Origin: Pseudomonadota bacterium
GTDB lineage: Bacteria; Pseudomonadota; Alphaproteobacteria; CADEGL01
DNA length: 38,094 nt
NCBI GenBank assembly: GCA_027619995.1
Contig: JAQCGR010000003.1
Location: 1-38,094 of the forward strand
Direction of reading: 5' to 3'
Part shown: positions 17,703 through 27,069 of the stretch, one piece after another
Position numbering within the stretch: position 1 is the first letter of the stretch
Layout: every line of letters begins with the position of its first letter
The notes under the pieces: model-generated
Told to the model about the DNA's origin: nothing
The model's database searches: none
What the model saw: the letters and a program-made list of their open reading frames with translations, nothing else
Translations under genes and position numbers: made by a program

Positions 17703-19296
17703 TCAGTTTCCCTCCCCAAGGACGGCGCGGCGACCATCGTAAAGGCCACCCTCGCCCACGCGATGTTGCTGCATCAAGTAGTCGTGATAACGCTTCACTT
17801 CCTGGTCGATCCGGGCCTGGTCCCAGCCCAATTCCTTGGCCGCCTCTTCCGCCGCCTTGCGCGCGGCCGTATGGGCCATGGTGGCCGTCCAACCGGTGTT
17901 GACGCGGCGATGCAGCAGATCGATCAGGCCGGTCACATGCTCATGCGCCGCGGCGTGGCGCAGATCGGCCAGCTTGATCTCCTTGTAGTCGTCACTCAGC
18001 GGCGGCGAGTTCTGGTTCTCCGGGAAGCTGCGCGCGTCATAGGAGATGGCCTGCGCCGAGCCCGAGGGTTTGATGCGCGCGGCCACGGCATCGGTCAGTT
18101 CCCGGCCGGCCGAGCGATGGGTCATGATCGGGCCGGCCGTCATCGCCAGCACGCCGGGCATTCCGTCCTTGGCGAGATCGTGAATCTCGCGCCGCCGCGC
18201 GCCCTTGGGCAGGGCCGGATCGTAGGTCAGTGGCCGCACCCCGGCCCAGGCGAACAGCACATCGCCGCGGCGGAAACCGAGACCCGGCATCAGGTGATTG
18301 ACCTCCCCGATCAGCCAGTCGATGTCCTCGTCCAGCGGGCGGATGCCGTCGATATCGCCTTCGTAGAGGGTTTCCGTCGGGCCGAAATAATGCAGATCGT
18401 TCCAGGGCAGGCAGTAGAGATGCTCGTTCTCGCGGTTGGTGCCCATGACGGCGCGACCGCGGCATTCCTCGGGCAGACGCACCATGAGATGGACGCCCTT
18501 GGTGCCGGTGATCTTGCGACCCGCGCCGGCCCCGGCCATGGCATTCACTTTGTCGATCCAGATACCCGCCATGTTCAACACCGTGCGGGCGCGCACCACC
18601 GCCTCACCGGCCTCGCCCAAGGCATCCGACAGGGTCAAGGGCCCAGCGACCGTCGCCCTCGCGCGCCATGCCCGTGACCGGGGTGTAGTTGCGCACGACC
18701 GCGCCCATGCGCTCGGCGTCCAGCACCGCGTCGATGCCGACCCGCTCGGGCCATTGGAACTGGTACTCGCGGAACAGGGCGGCGGCGGTCAGGTCTTCGG
18801 GATTGCGCAGCCATTTTACCAGCGGCAGCTTAGTCGCCGTCGTGCCCGGCACCATTTCGAAATCCAGCGGAATATCGCCCGGCCCCAGCATTTCGAGCAG
18901 CTTGAAGGCCAGGCGCACCTGCCAGGGCTTGAAGGCATCGGTCTTGTAGATCGGAAAGCAGAAGGTCAGTTTCCGCGCCCGCTCGGGCGTCGTGTTGACG
19001 AACTGACTGCGCGTCGTCATCGCCTGTTTGGCCATCGACAGGGCCGTCGCCAATTGACTGGGATGGCGCGCGAATTCCCACATGGAATCGCCCGGGGCGG
19101 GATAGCGGATACCGCCGCTCAATATGCGAGTCGACCGGCTGCTGGAGCCCGAGGCGTAATCGCCCTTGTCGACCAGCAACACGGTATAGCCGGCCGCCGC
19201 CAGATGCTGCGCGGCACTGGCCCCGTTCAGCCCCGCCCCGATCACGGCGACATCGAACGCCTGCCCGTCCAGGTTTTCGAGTTTGGATCGCGGCAT
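17703..19296 (-). pseudogene. Second GlpD-like FAD oxidoreductase, split by a one-base frameshift near 18637-18642 (real lesion or sequencing error)
   Basis: ORF 18604..19296 holds the FAD-binding N-half and ORF 17703..18638 the C-half. Removing one base from TGG GCC CTT GAC C gives W-A-L-T-L-S-D, collinear with W-R-I-G-L-E-D of the neighbouring paralogue. Confidence 0.85.
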
Positions 19297-19447
19297 ATTC
19301 TCTCCCCCAAGTTGCCGATTCCGGAAGAGCCTAGCCTCTTGTCGTGGGCCTTACCATTGCCCCGATACCCCTGCTTGGGCAAGTTAGGCGAAGGGCTGAA
19401 CCCGGCTGAAAGCGAGACTTCAAATTCGAGACATGAAGAACAAGGCA

Positions 19448-19864
19448 ATGGACGAGGAACATGCGGTTCTTTTCGCCAACGAGGCCTTCTACCAAGCCTT
19501 CACCGAAGGCGATGTCGCGGGCATGGACGAGATCTGGGCGCGCGATGCCGAGATATTCTGCATTCATCCCGGCTGGGCACCGCTTTCCGGGCGGGACGAG
19601 GTCATGCAAAGCTGGCGCGCGATCCTCGAAAATCCGAATGCGCCCAGCGTCGAGTTTTCCGACGCCAGGGTTTCGGTCGAGGGCATTTTGGCCTTTGTCG
19701 TCGGGTATGAATCCGTCGGCGAAGGGCACCTGGCGGCGACCAATATCTTCACCCGCGAGAACGGTTTGTGGAAAATGGTCCACCACAATACCGGCCCGAC
19801 CAGCGGGGTGCCGAAGGGCGCCGAGCGGCCCAAGGCCGTCCGCCGGCCCCAGACGATGCATTAG
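19448..19864 (+). CDS. NTF2-like/SnoaL family protein (alternative start 19433)
   Basis: ANEAFYQAF..GD..M..IW, CIHPGW..L.GR..V..SW, ATNIF....G.WKMVHH. Confidence 0.88.
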   Translation: MDEEHAVLFANEAFYQAFTEGDVAGMDEIWARDAEIFCIHPGWAPLSGRDEVMQSWRAILENPNAPSVEFSDARVSVEGILAFVVGYESVGEGHLAATNIFTRENGLWKMVHHNTGPTSGVPKGAERPKAVRRPQTMH

Positions 19865-19886
19865 CCGACGGGCGAGAGGACAGTCG

Positions 19887-20849
19887 ATGACCAGACCAGC
19901 GTGGGATTCGGTGTCGAACGCAGCAATCGTGGGCACCGGCACGATCGGCGCGAGTTGGTCCGCCTATTTTCTCGCGCGCGGCATGACCGTCACCGCCTTC
20001 GATCCGATGGCGGGCGCGGAAGCCCGCACCCGAGCCTTCGTCGCCCGCGCCTGGCCGGACCTCGAAGCCCTCGGCCTGGTGCGGACCGGGGCGAGGCAGG
20101 ACGCGCTGCGCTTCGCCCCCACCCTGGAAGACGCGGTCGCGGAAGCCGAATTCATCCAGGAGAACGGCCCGGAAGACCAGGCCAAGAAGGGCGCCCTGTT
20201 CGCGGCGATCGATGCGGCCTGTCCGCCGGAGACGATCATCGCCTCCTCGACTTCGGCCCTGGTCATGACGCCGATCCAGGCCCACTGCGCGCGGCCCGGG
20301 CGCTGCGTCAACGCCCATCCATTCAATCCCCCCCATTTGATGCCCCTGGTCGAAGTCTCGGGCGGCGACCGGACGGAGGAGGAGGCGATCGCCTGGGCGA
20401 TGGACTTCTATGCCGCGATCGGCCGGACGCCCGTCCGCCTCAACCGCGAGGTTTACGGCCATATCGCCAACCGCCTGCAATACGCGCTCTACAACGAGGC
20501 GGTGCGTATCGTCCTCGATGGCATCGCCAATGTGGCGGATGTAGATGCGGCGGTGCGCAACGGGCCGGGCCTGCGTTGGGGCATCCAGGGGCCCTTCCTG
20601 AATTATCACCTCGCCGGCGGCGAAGGCGGGCTCAAGCGTTTCTATGAGATTTTCGAAGGGCGCGATCGCGGCAACACCGACCGTATCGCCCGCCAGACCC
20701 TGACCGAAGAGCAGAAGCAGCTGCTGTCGGACGGCATCGCCGAGATGCTGGACGGCGACGACGAGTTCGCCGAGCTCACCGCCCGGCGCGACCGCCGCCT
20801 CGTCGAACTGCTGCGCCTGCGCGCAAGGATGGACGCCGGCGAGCTCTAG
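19887..20849 (+). CDS. 3-hydroxyacyl-CoA dehydrogenase family protein, L-carnitine dehydrogenase/lambda-crystallin-like
   Basis: GTGTIGASW, QENGPE, SSTS, HPFNPPHLMPLVEV, GHIANRLQ, GPGLRW; GAGAGGA RBS. Confidence 0.88.
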   Translation: MTRPAWDSVSNAAIVGTGTIGASWSAYFLARGMTVTAFDPMAGAEARTRAFVARAWPDLEALGLVRTGARQDALRFAPTLEDAVAEAEFIQENGPEDQAKKGALFAAIDAACPPETIIASSTSALVMTPIQAHCARPGRCVNAHPFNPPHLMPLVEVSGGDRTEEEAIAWAMDFYAAIGRTPVRLNREVYGHIANRLQYALYNEAVRIVLDGIANVADVDAAVRNGPGLRWGIQGPFLNYHLAGGEGGLKRFYEIFEGRDRGNTDRIARQTLTEEQKQLLSDGIAEMLDGDDEFAELTARRDRRLVELLRLRARMDAGEL

Positions 20850-20935
20850 ACCCGGGCTTCACAAGGCCGATACGCCGTTTCGGCACCTCGAAACAGGACT
20901 TCCTGGGTGCGCAGCGGCGGAGTAGCTTGCCCGCC

Positions 20936-22747
20936 ATGACCTACGAACAGATCGTCGTTTTCGCCCTCCTCCCCACCATCTTCGCCCTCTTCGTCTGGGG
21001 GCGGTGGCGCCATGATGTCGTGGCCTTCGTCACCCTGATCGCGGCCGTGGTCCTGGGGGTGGTGCCGGGCGAAGCGGCTTTCTCCGGCTTCGGCCATCCG
21101 GCGACGATCACCGTCGCCGCCGTCCTCATCATCAGCCGCGGGTTGTCGAACGCGGGGGCGGTCGACTATTTCGCCCGGCTCGTCCGCCCCGCGACCGGTT
21201 CGACCGTCGGCCATATCGCCGTCCTGTCGGGCGCGGCGGCGATCCTCAGCGGCTTCATCAACAATGTCGGCGCGGTGGCCCTGTTCATGCCCGTCGCCAT
21301 GGCGACCGCGGCCAAGGCCAAGCGGGCCGCGGCCGTCCTGCTGATGCCCCTGTCCTTCGGCTCGATCCTCGGCGGGATGGTAACTCTGATCGGCACGCCG
21401 CCGAACATTATCGTCGCGGCCTATCGCGGCGAGGCCCTGGGGAAGCCCTTTGGACTGTTCGATTTCACGCCGGTAGGCCTGCCTCTGGCGATCGCGGGCG
21501 TGGCCTTCGTCGCACTGATCGGATGGCGCCTGTTGCCGGCCTCGCGCCGCGCCGCGCGCTCGCCCGCCGAAATGATCGATATCGAGAACTACGTCGCCGA
21601 AACGCGGGTGCCGGAGGAGTCGAAAATTGTCGGCAAGTCGGTGGCGGAACTCGACGAAGTGACGCGCGAAAATGATGCCCTGATCGTCGGCGTGATCCGG
21701 GGCGAGAAACGTATCCTGGCGGTCTGGCGCGAACGCATCCGGGCCAACGACATGCTGCTGATCGAAGCCTCGCCCGAAGCGCTCGGTACCCTGGTCAAGG
21801 AATTGGGCCTGAAGCTGGTCGAGGATGCGGTGGAGGCTACGGAAGAGGACGGCGGCAAACCGAAGCCCAGCCGGGTCAGCATCGGATCGGACGACGTTTC
21901 GGTGGTCGAGGCGGTGGTCACGCCCGGTTCGCGCCTCGTCAACCGTCCGGCCGGCGCGGTGCATTTCCGCAGCCGCTACGGCATCAACCTTCTTGCGGTG
22001 GCGCGTTCGGGCCGACCCTTTCGCGATAGCCTGGCTTCGTTCGAGTTTCAGACCGGCGACGTGCTGCTGCTCCAGGGCGACCGCGACAGGTTGCCCGAGA
22101 TTGTCGCCCAGCTCGGCTGCCTGCCCCTGGCCGAACGCGCCCTGCCGATCGGGCGCCGCAATGCCACCGTCTTCGCCTTGAGCGTCTTCCTCGGCGCCAT
22201 CCTGCTCGCTGCCTTCGGCATCTTGGACTTCCCTATCGCCCTGGCCGGCGCGGCCGCCCTGATGGTGGTCGCCAATGTCGTGCCGCCGCGCGAACTCTAC
22301 GAAAGCATCGACTGGCCCGTGATCGTCCTGTTGGGCGCAATGATCCCGATCGGCGGCGCTCTGGAGACCAGCGGGGTGACGGAACTGCTGGCCGGCTGGA
22401 TTACCGGTCTGGCCGCCGGCACCTCGATCATCTTTGTCCTGGGCCTGCTATTCGTCGTCACGATGACCCTGTCGGATGTCATGAACAACGCGGCGACGGC
22501 GGTGATTGCGGCGCCCCTCGCGGTCGCCATCGCCAATGGGCTGGGAGTCAGCCCGGATCCCTTCCTGATGGCCGTCGCGGTCGGTGCGTCCTGCGCCTTT
22601 CTGACCCCGATCGGGCACCAGAACAACACCCTGGTCATGGGCCCCGGCGGCTACCGGTTCGGCGATTACTGGCGCATGGGTCTGCCTCTGGAGGTGATGA
22701 TCGTCGCCCTCGGCCTGCCTCTGATACTCTGGGCCTGGCCGCTCTAG
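20936..22747 (+). CDS. SLC13/DASS family permease with two TrkA-C (RCK_C) domains
   Basis: AFSGFGHPA, SGFINN, GGMVTLIGTPPN, central soluble repeats, MNNAAT, ASCAFLTPIGHQNN.LV.GPGGY.F.DY. Confidence 0.92.
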   Translation: MTYEQIVVFALLPTIFALFVWGRWRHDVVAFVTLIAAVVLGVVPGEAAFSGFGHPATITVAAVLIISRGLSNAGAVDYFARLVRPATGSTVGHIAVLSGAAAILSGFINNVGAVALFMPVAMATAAKAKRAAAVLLMPLSFGSILGGMVTLIGTPPNIIVAAYRGEALGKPFGLFDFTPVGLPLAIAGVAFVALIGWRLLPASRRAARSPAEMIDIENYVAETRVPEESKIVGKSVAELDEVTRENDALIVGVIRGEKRILAVWRERIRANDMLLIEASPEALGTLVKELGLKLVEDAVEATEEDGGKPKPSRVSIGSDDVSVVEAVVTPGSRLVNRPAGAVHFRSRYGINLLAVARSGRPFRDSLASFEFQTGDVLLLQGDRDRLPEIVAQLGCLPLAERALPIGRRNATVFALSVFLGAILLAAFGILDFPIALAGAAALMVVANVVPPRELYESIDWPVIVLLGAMIPIGGALETSGVTELLAGWITGLAAGTSIIFVLGLLFVVTMTLSDVMNNAATAVIAAPLAVAIANGLGVSPDPFLMAVAVGASCAFLTPIGHQNNTLVMGPGGYRFGDYWRMGLPLEVMIVALGLPLILWAWPL

Positions 22748-22792
22748 GCCTGGGGTTCACGACGAAGCGGGACGGATCGGAAGGAACGCGCG

Positions 22793-23524
22793 ATGACAGG
22801 CGAGACGATCGGCAGAATCCTGGAAATCCGGCGCTATCCGGTGAAATCGCTGGGCGGGGAATCGATGGCCGCGGCTTCCCTGCTGCCGGGCGACGGTATC
22901 GCCGGCGACCGCGCCTTCGTCCTTCATGCCCCTGAAACCGGCGCCATCGTGCAGGCCTCGCGCCCCAGGGACTGGCCGGGGGCGATGGATGTCTCGGCGG
23001 CCTATATCGCCGGCGATGCCGGGGCCATCCGCTACACCCTGCCCGACGGCACAGAGGTCGCCAGCACCGATCCGGCGGCGGCGGATCTGCTGGCGAAGGC
23101 CTTGGGACGGCCTGTGACCCTCGTCGAATCGGCGGAGGTCGGCCGGATCAAGGATGGCGACGTGCATCTTCTGACCACGGCCAGCCTGGCCGCGATGGCG
23201 GCGCTTCACCCGGAGGGCCGATTCGAGACGCGCCGTTTTCGCCCGAGCCTGGTGATCGAATCGCCCGCGGGCGCGCAAGGCTTCGTCGAGAACGATTGGG
23301 TCGGCCGCCGGCTGCGCATCGGCGACGCCATCATGCGGGTCTCCGACCGGACCGTGCGCTGCGTGCTGCCGACCCTGGCCCAGGGCGATCTGCCCAAGGA
23401 TCCGGACATTCTGCGCACGGTGGTCAAGAATAACGGCGGCGATGCCGGCATCTACGCCATGATCGAAACGCCGGGCCGGATTCGGGTGGGCGACGATCTG
23501 CTGTTGGAAGACGCCGCTGGCTAG
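22793..23524 (+). CDS. MOSC domain protein (YcbX/mARC-like molybdenum cofactor protein)
   Basis: YPVKSLGGE, GDRAF, RRFRPSLVI, END.WVG, conserved RC, GIYA....G.I.VGD. Confidence 0.9.
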   Translation: MTGETIGRILEIRRYPVKSLGGESMAAASLLPGDGIAGDRAFVLHAPETGAIVQASRPRDWPGAMDVSAAYIAGDAGAIRYTLPDGTEVASTDPAAADLLAKALGRPVTLVESAEVGRIKDGDVHLLTTASLAAMAALHPEGRFETRRFRPSLVIESPAGAQGFVENDWVGRRLRIGDAIMRVSDRTVRCVLPTLAQGDLPKDPDILRTVVKNNGGDAGIYAMIETPGRIRVGDDLLLEDAAG

Positions 23525-23778
23525 TCGCCCGTCGCGCCCAGGGCGACCTTGTCGCCCGCGATCATGAACACGACCGTGCCGTCGGACGCCTTGTAGGTCC
23601 ATTTCTCGATCGGCCCCAGCTTGTCGATGCTGTCGGGGTCGCCGAGCTTGTCGCGCAGCGCGGCGCTGGTCTCGACCCCGCGCGCCTTTTCGACGATCTC
23701 GGTCTTGTCGGGATCGCCGCAAGCGACCAGCAAGGTGGCCGCGAAGAGAAGCGCGAGAATGGTGCGCAGGGCCGTCAT
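23521..23778 (-). CDS. Small lipoprotein, SmpA/BamE/BLIP-like
   Basis: Signal peptide with lipobox LVAC (Cys20), LGDPD...EKWTY motif; 85 aa; GGAAGGA RBS. Confidence 0.8.
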   Translation of the reverse strand: MTALRTILALLFAATLLVACGDPDKTEIVEKARGVETSAALRDKLGDPDSIDKLGPIEKWTYKASDGTVVFMIAGDKVALGATGD

Positions 23779-23804
23779 GGGCGGGTTCCTTCCCGTATCT
23801 CGAT

Positions 23805-24947
23805 CTATTCCAGGGTTTCGAACAGGCGCAGCAGCAGCCGCGCGCGCGGTTCGAGCGAAGAATACAGCATGTGTTCGTAATCCGTATGGGCGCCGTGGCC
23901 GTCCACACCGAGGCCGTCCAAGGTCGGGATGCCCAAAGCGGCGGTGAAATTCGCGTCGCTGCACCCGCCCGTCATGGGCACATCCTCCAATTCGAAGCCA
24001 AGTTCCGCCGCCAGACCCTTGGCATGATCGAACAGCGCGGCGATGCCGTCGTCCTTGAGATAGGCCTGGCGCGAGACGCCGCCTTCGACGGTCACCTTCA
24101 CATCCGGATCGACCGGTGTCAGCCCATGCACCCGCGCCACCATCTCGTCCATGGTGGCGGGGTCGGGGCAGCGCATATCGACCAGAACCTCGCAATGCTG
24201 GGGCACCACGTTGCGCCCCGTGCCGCCCTTGATGGTGCCGACGCTCAGGGTCACGCCGCGCGCGTAGTCGGTCATGCCCTCGACGGCCAGAATCTGGTGC
24301 GCCATTTCCTTGATCGCATTGCGACCGTCCTGATGGCGCAGCCCGGCATGGGCCGGCCGGCCCTCGGTCCGGATGGTGAATTCGGCATTGCCCTTGCGCG
24401 AGGTGACGATCTTGCCGCCGTCACGGGCGGGCTCGGTCACCAGCACGTATTTGTTCTTCTTGGCCTCGGCCTCGATCGTGGCGCGCGAAGTCGGGCTGCC
24501 CACCTCCTCCTCCGGCACGAAGAGGAAGGTGATCGGCAGCTTGGTCGTCTTGCCCTCGCGGATGAGATGGCGGAAGGCGTAATAGGCGAGATAGGCCCCG
24601 CCCTTCATGTCGTAGATGCCCGGGCCGTAGACCTCATCGCCCTTGCGTTCGAAGGGCAGGGTTTCGAGCGTGCCGATCGGATGCACGGTGTCGAGATGGC
24701 TGAGGACCATGATCCCCGGCCCGTCACCGCCCCAGGGGCTGCGCGCGATCAGGATATCGCCGAAGCCGTCGCGCCCCGGCATCCGCTTGATTCCCGCACC
24801 AATATCCCGCATCTCGCCCTCGGTCTGATCGACCATGCGGTTGACGGCCGCACCGTCATTCGACGGGCTTTCGATTTCGATCCAGCGGCGAATGCCTTCC
24901 AGGATTTCGGCGGCGTCGATGCGCGGCGCGTTGCGGCCTTCGGTCAT
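23805..24947 (-). CDS. M20 metallopeptidase/amidohydrolase (carboxypeptidase G2-like)
   Basis: SHLDTV, GPGIYDMKGG, EEEVGS, TEP, GRPAHAG, GGCSDAN, GAH; GAGAGGA RBS. Confidence 0.92.
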   Translation of the reverse strand: MTEGRNAPRIDAAEILEGIRRWIEIESPSNDGAAVNRMVDQTEGEMRDIGAGIKRMPGRDGFGDILIARSPWGGDGPGIMVLSHLDTVHPIGTLETLPFERKGDEVYGPGIYDMKGGAYLAYYAFRHLIREGKTTKLPITFLFVPEEEVGSPTSRATIEAEAKKNKYVLVTEPARDGGKIVTSRKGNAEFTIRTEGRPAHAGLRHQDGRNAIKEMAHQILAVEGMTDYARGVTLSVGTIKGGTGRNVVPQHCEVLVDMRCPDPATMDEMVARVHGLTPVDPDVKVTVEGGVSRQAYLKDDGIAALFDHAKGLAAELGFELEDVPMTGGCSDANFTAALGIPTLDGLGVDGHGAHTDYEHMLYSSLEPRARLLLRLFETLE

Positions 24948-25930
24948 GCGGTCCTCTCTCGGGTTGGTGGGCGGGGCCGAGCCCTCATGGCCAGAAATAT
25001 TCCGCCCAGGACCAGCAGGGCGCCGGCCCCATGGTACCAGGCGACGGTCTCGCCCAGGAATAGCACGGCCATCGTGCTGCCGAACAAGGGGAGGAGCGGG
25101 AAACACAGGGCCGCCCGATTCGCGCCCACCAGTTCGACCCCGCGGTTGAAACACAGGAAAGCGAGGACCGAGGGGAAGATCGCGACATAGAGAACAGCGG
25201 CGGCCGCATTGAGGGTGAGCGGCACGGCGAAACCGGCCGAATGCTCGATCATATAGGCCGGCAGCAGCATGACCGCGCCCAGAAGAAAGGAAATCGCAAC
25301 GAAACCGAGGGGCGTCATCACTGGTTTGCGCCGCAGCAAGACAGCATAGACGCCATAGGTGACAAGCCCGACGAATATCCAGATATCGCCGGTATTGGGC
25401 TGGAAGGCGAGCAGCACGTCGAGATCGCCATGGGCCACCACCAGCATCGCACCCGAAAAGGATACGATCAGGCCCAGAGCCTGAACCGCCCGGATCCGCT
25501 CGCGAAAAAACAGGAAGGAGAGAAGAATCACGACAACCGGCATCAGTGGCTGGATCAGCTAGGCATTGACCGCCGTCGTCTTGGTCAGTCCGATATAGAG
25601 CAGGGTGTTGAACAGGCTGACGCCGCAGAACGCCATGACGATGACGAGACCGGGGGCGGTCAGAAATATCCTCAAGTCCTGGCCCAACGAGCGCCAGACG
25701 AAAGGCAGAAGGATCAGGAATCCCAGAACCCAACGCCAGAAAGCCAGGGCGATCGGCGGCACGTCGCCCGCCACGGCTCGGCCCACCACGATATTGCCGG
25801 CCCAGAACAGGAAGGTCAGACAGAGCAGCAGATAGGGCCGATCAAACAGCCCAAATAGCCCGCCGGTCCTGCGGCCGCCAACGGAACCCGGACCGGCGCC
25901 CTCGTCAGGCGCTTCCGTCGCAGCCCGCAA
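24944..25930 (-). pseudogene. DMT/EamA family transporter interrupted by one in-frame TAG at 25559-25561
   Basis: ORFs 25559..25930 and 24944..25543 share a frame: ...TTAVNA-TAG-LIQPLMPVVV...; EamA motifs FWAGN..VGR, LAFWRW, NRGVELVGANRA. Confidence 0.85.
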
Positions 25931-27058
25931 TCAGGCCTCGAGACCTGCGACGAAAGCGAGGATGTGGCGGTTCACCTCGCCCGCCGCTTCCATCTGCACC
26001 ATATGCCCGACCCCTTCGATCAGGGCGATCTCGCCCCGGCCCTCGACCGCCTTGGCATGGGCGGCCGGGATGATCCGGTCCTCGACGCCCCAGAGGGCCA
26101 GGATCGGCGCCTTGATCTCGCCCAACCGTCCGGCCAGGGCATGAGCCTGCCGGCCGCCCGGGAACCAGGCCTCGCGGATTGCCTCCAGGGCCTCGGCCGC
26201 ACCTTCCAGACGCCGGTTGCGCAGGGCGCCCTCGACGACATTGCGGTTGACCAGGGCAGGATCGGCAAACAGCGATTGCAGCGCCGCCTTCATCTCCTTG
26301 CGCCGGTCGGCCGAGCCGAAGGCCTCCAGGAAAGCGCCGTCGATCTCCTCGCCCAGGCCCGCCCCGGCGACCAGCACCACGCCCGCCGCAAGACCCGGCC
26401 GGGCGAGCGCAAGATCGAGCGCCAGGGCGCCGCCCATGGATTGTCCGATCAGGACGACCCGTTCCAGGCCCAGCGCATCGATCGCCGCCGAAACCGCCGC
26501 TCCCAAAGCGTCCGGCCCGCCGTCGCCGACGGATTTGGAGGACTGGCCATGGCCCGGCAATTCGATCGCATGCACCTGACGGTCGGCCGCCAGGGCCTCT
26601 TGGTTGAAAAGCCAGGCATCCAGATCGCCGCCGAAACCGTGGATCAGGACGATGGGCGTGGCCTCGCCCTCGCCCAGGCTGCGCACCCGCAGGCTATGGC
26701 CACCCGCCTCGATCACCGTGACATCGCCGGCGCCCTCGCCGCCGCCCGATTTCGATTCGGGCGCTTCGAAGGCATCGACGAAGGCGTCGATCTCGGCCTG
26801 AGGCACATCCTCGCCCGCCATGACCGCGAGAAGCCCGCCGATCGGCACTACGTCGCCCGGCTTGGCGACCAGGCGACGGACGGTACCGCCTTCCGGCGCC
26901 TCGATCGCGCCGGTGATCTTGGTCGTCTCCATCTCGACGACTTCGTCCATCGCCGAAACCGATTCCCCTTCCTTGACCAGCCATGCGACCAGCTTGCCGT
27001 CCGATTCGGTCATGCCCCATTTGGGCATGGTGATCGCCGTGATGCGCTCCCCCGTCAT
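25931..27058 (-). CDS. acoC: Acetoin dehydrogenase E2-type subunit (lipoyl domain plus alpha/beta hydrolase)
   Basis: MPKWGM, lipoyl Lys in ETTKI, HGFGGD..WLFN, GQSMGG nucleophile, WG..D.IIP, GHMVQME. Confidence 0.88.
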   Translation of the reverse strand: MTGERITAITMPKWGMTESDGKLVAWLVKEGESVSAMDEVVEMETTKITGAIEAPEGGTVRRLVAKPGDVVPIGGLLAVMAGEDVPQAEIDAFVDAFEAPESKSGGGEGAGDVTVIEAGGHSLRVRSLGEGEATPIVLIHGFGGDLDAWLFNQEALAADRQVHAIELPGHGQSSKSVGDGGPDALGAAVSAAIDALGLERVVLIGQSMGGALALDLALARPGLAAGVVLVAGAGLGEEIDGAFLEAFGSADRRKEMKAALQSLFADPALVNRNVVEGALRNRRLEGAAEALEAIREAWFPGGRQAHALAGRLGEIKAPILALWGVEDRIIPAAHAKAVEGRGEIALIEGVGHMVQMEAAGEVNRHILAFVAGLEA

Positions 27059-27069
27059 GCCGGACCGCC

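Noticed and set aside
25559-25561. Pyrrolysine or other programmed amber read-through
   Set aside because: No pyl genes in the window, the position is a non-catalytic TM site, and TAG ends many neighbouring genes
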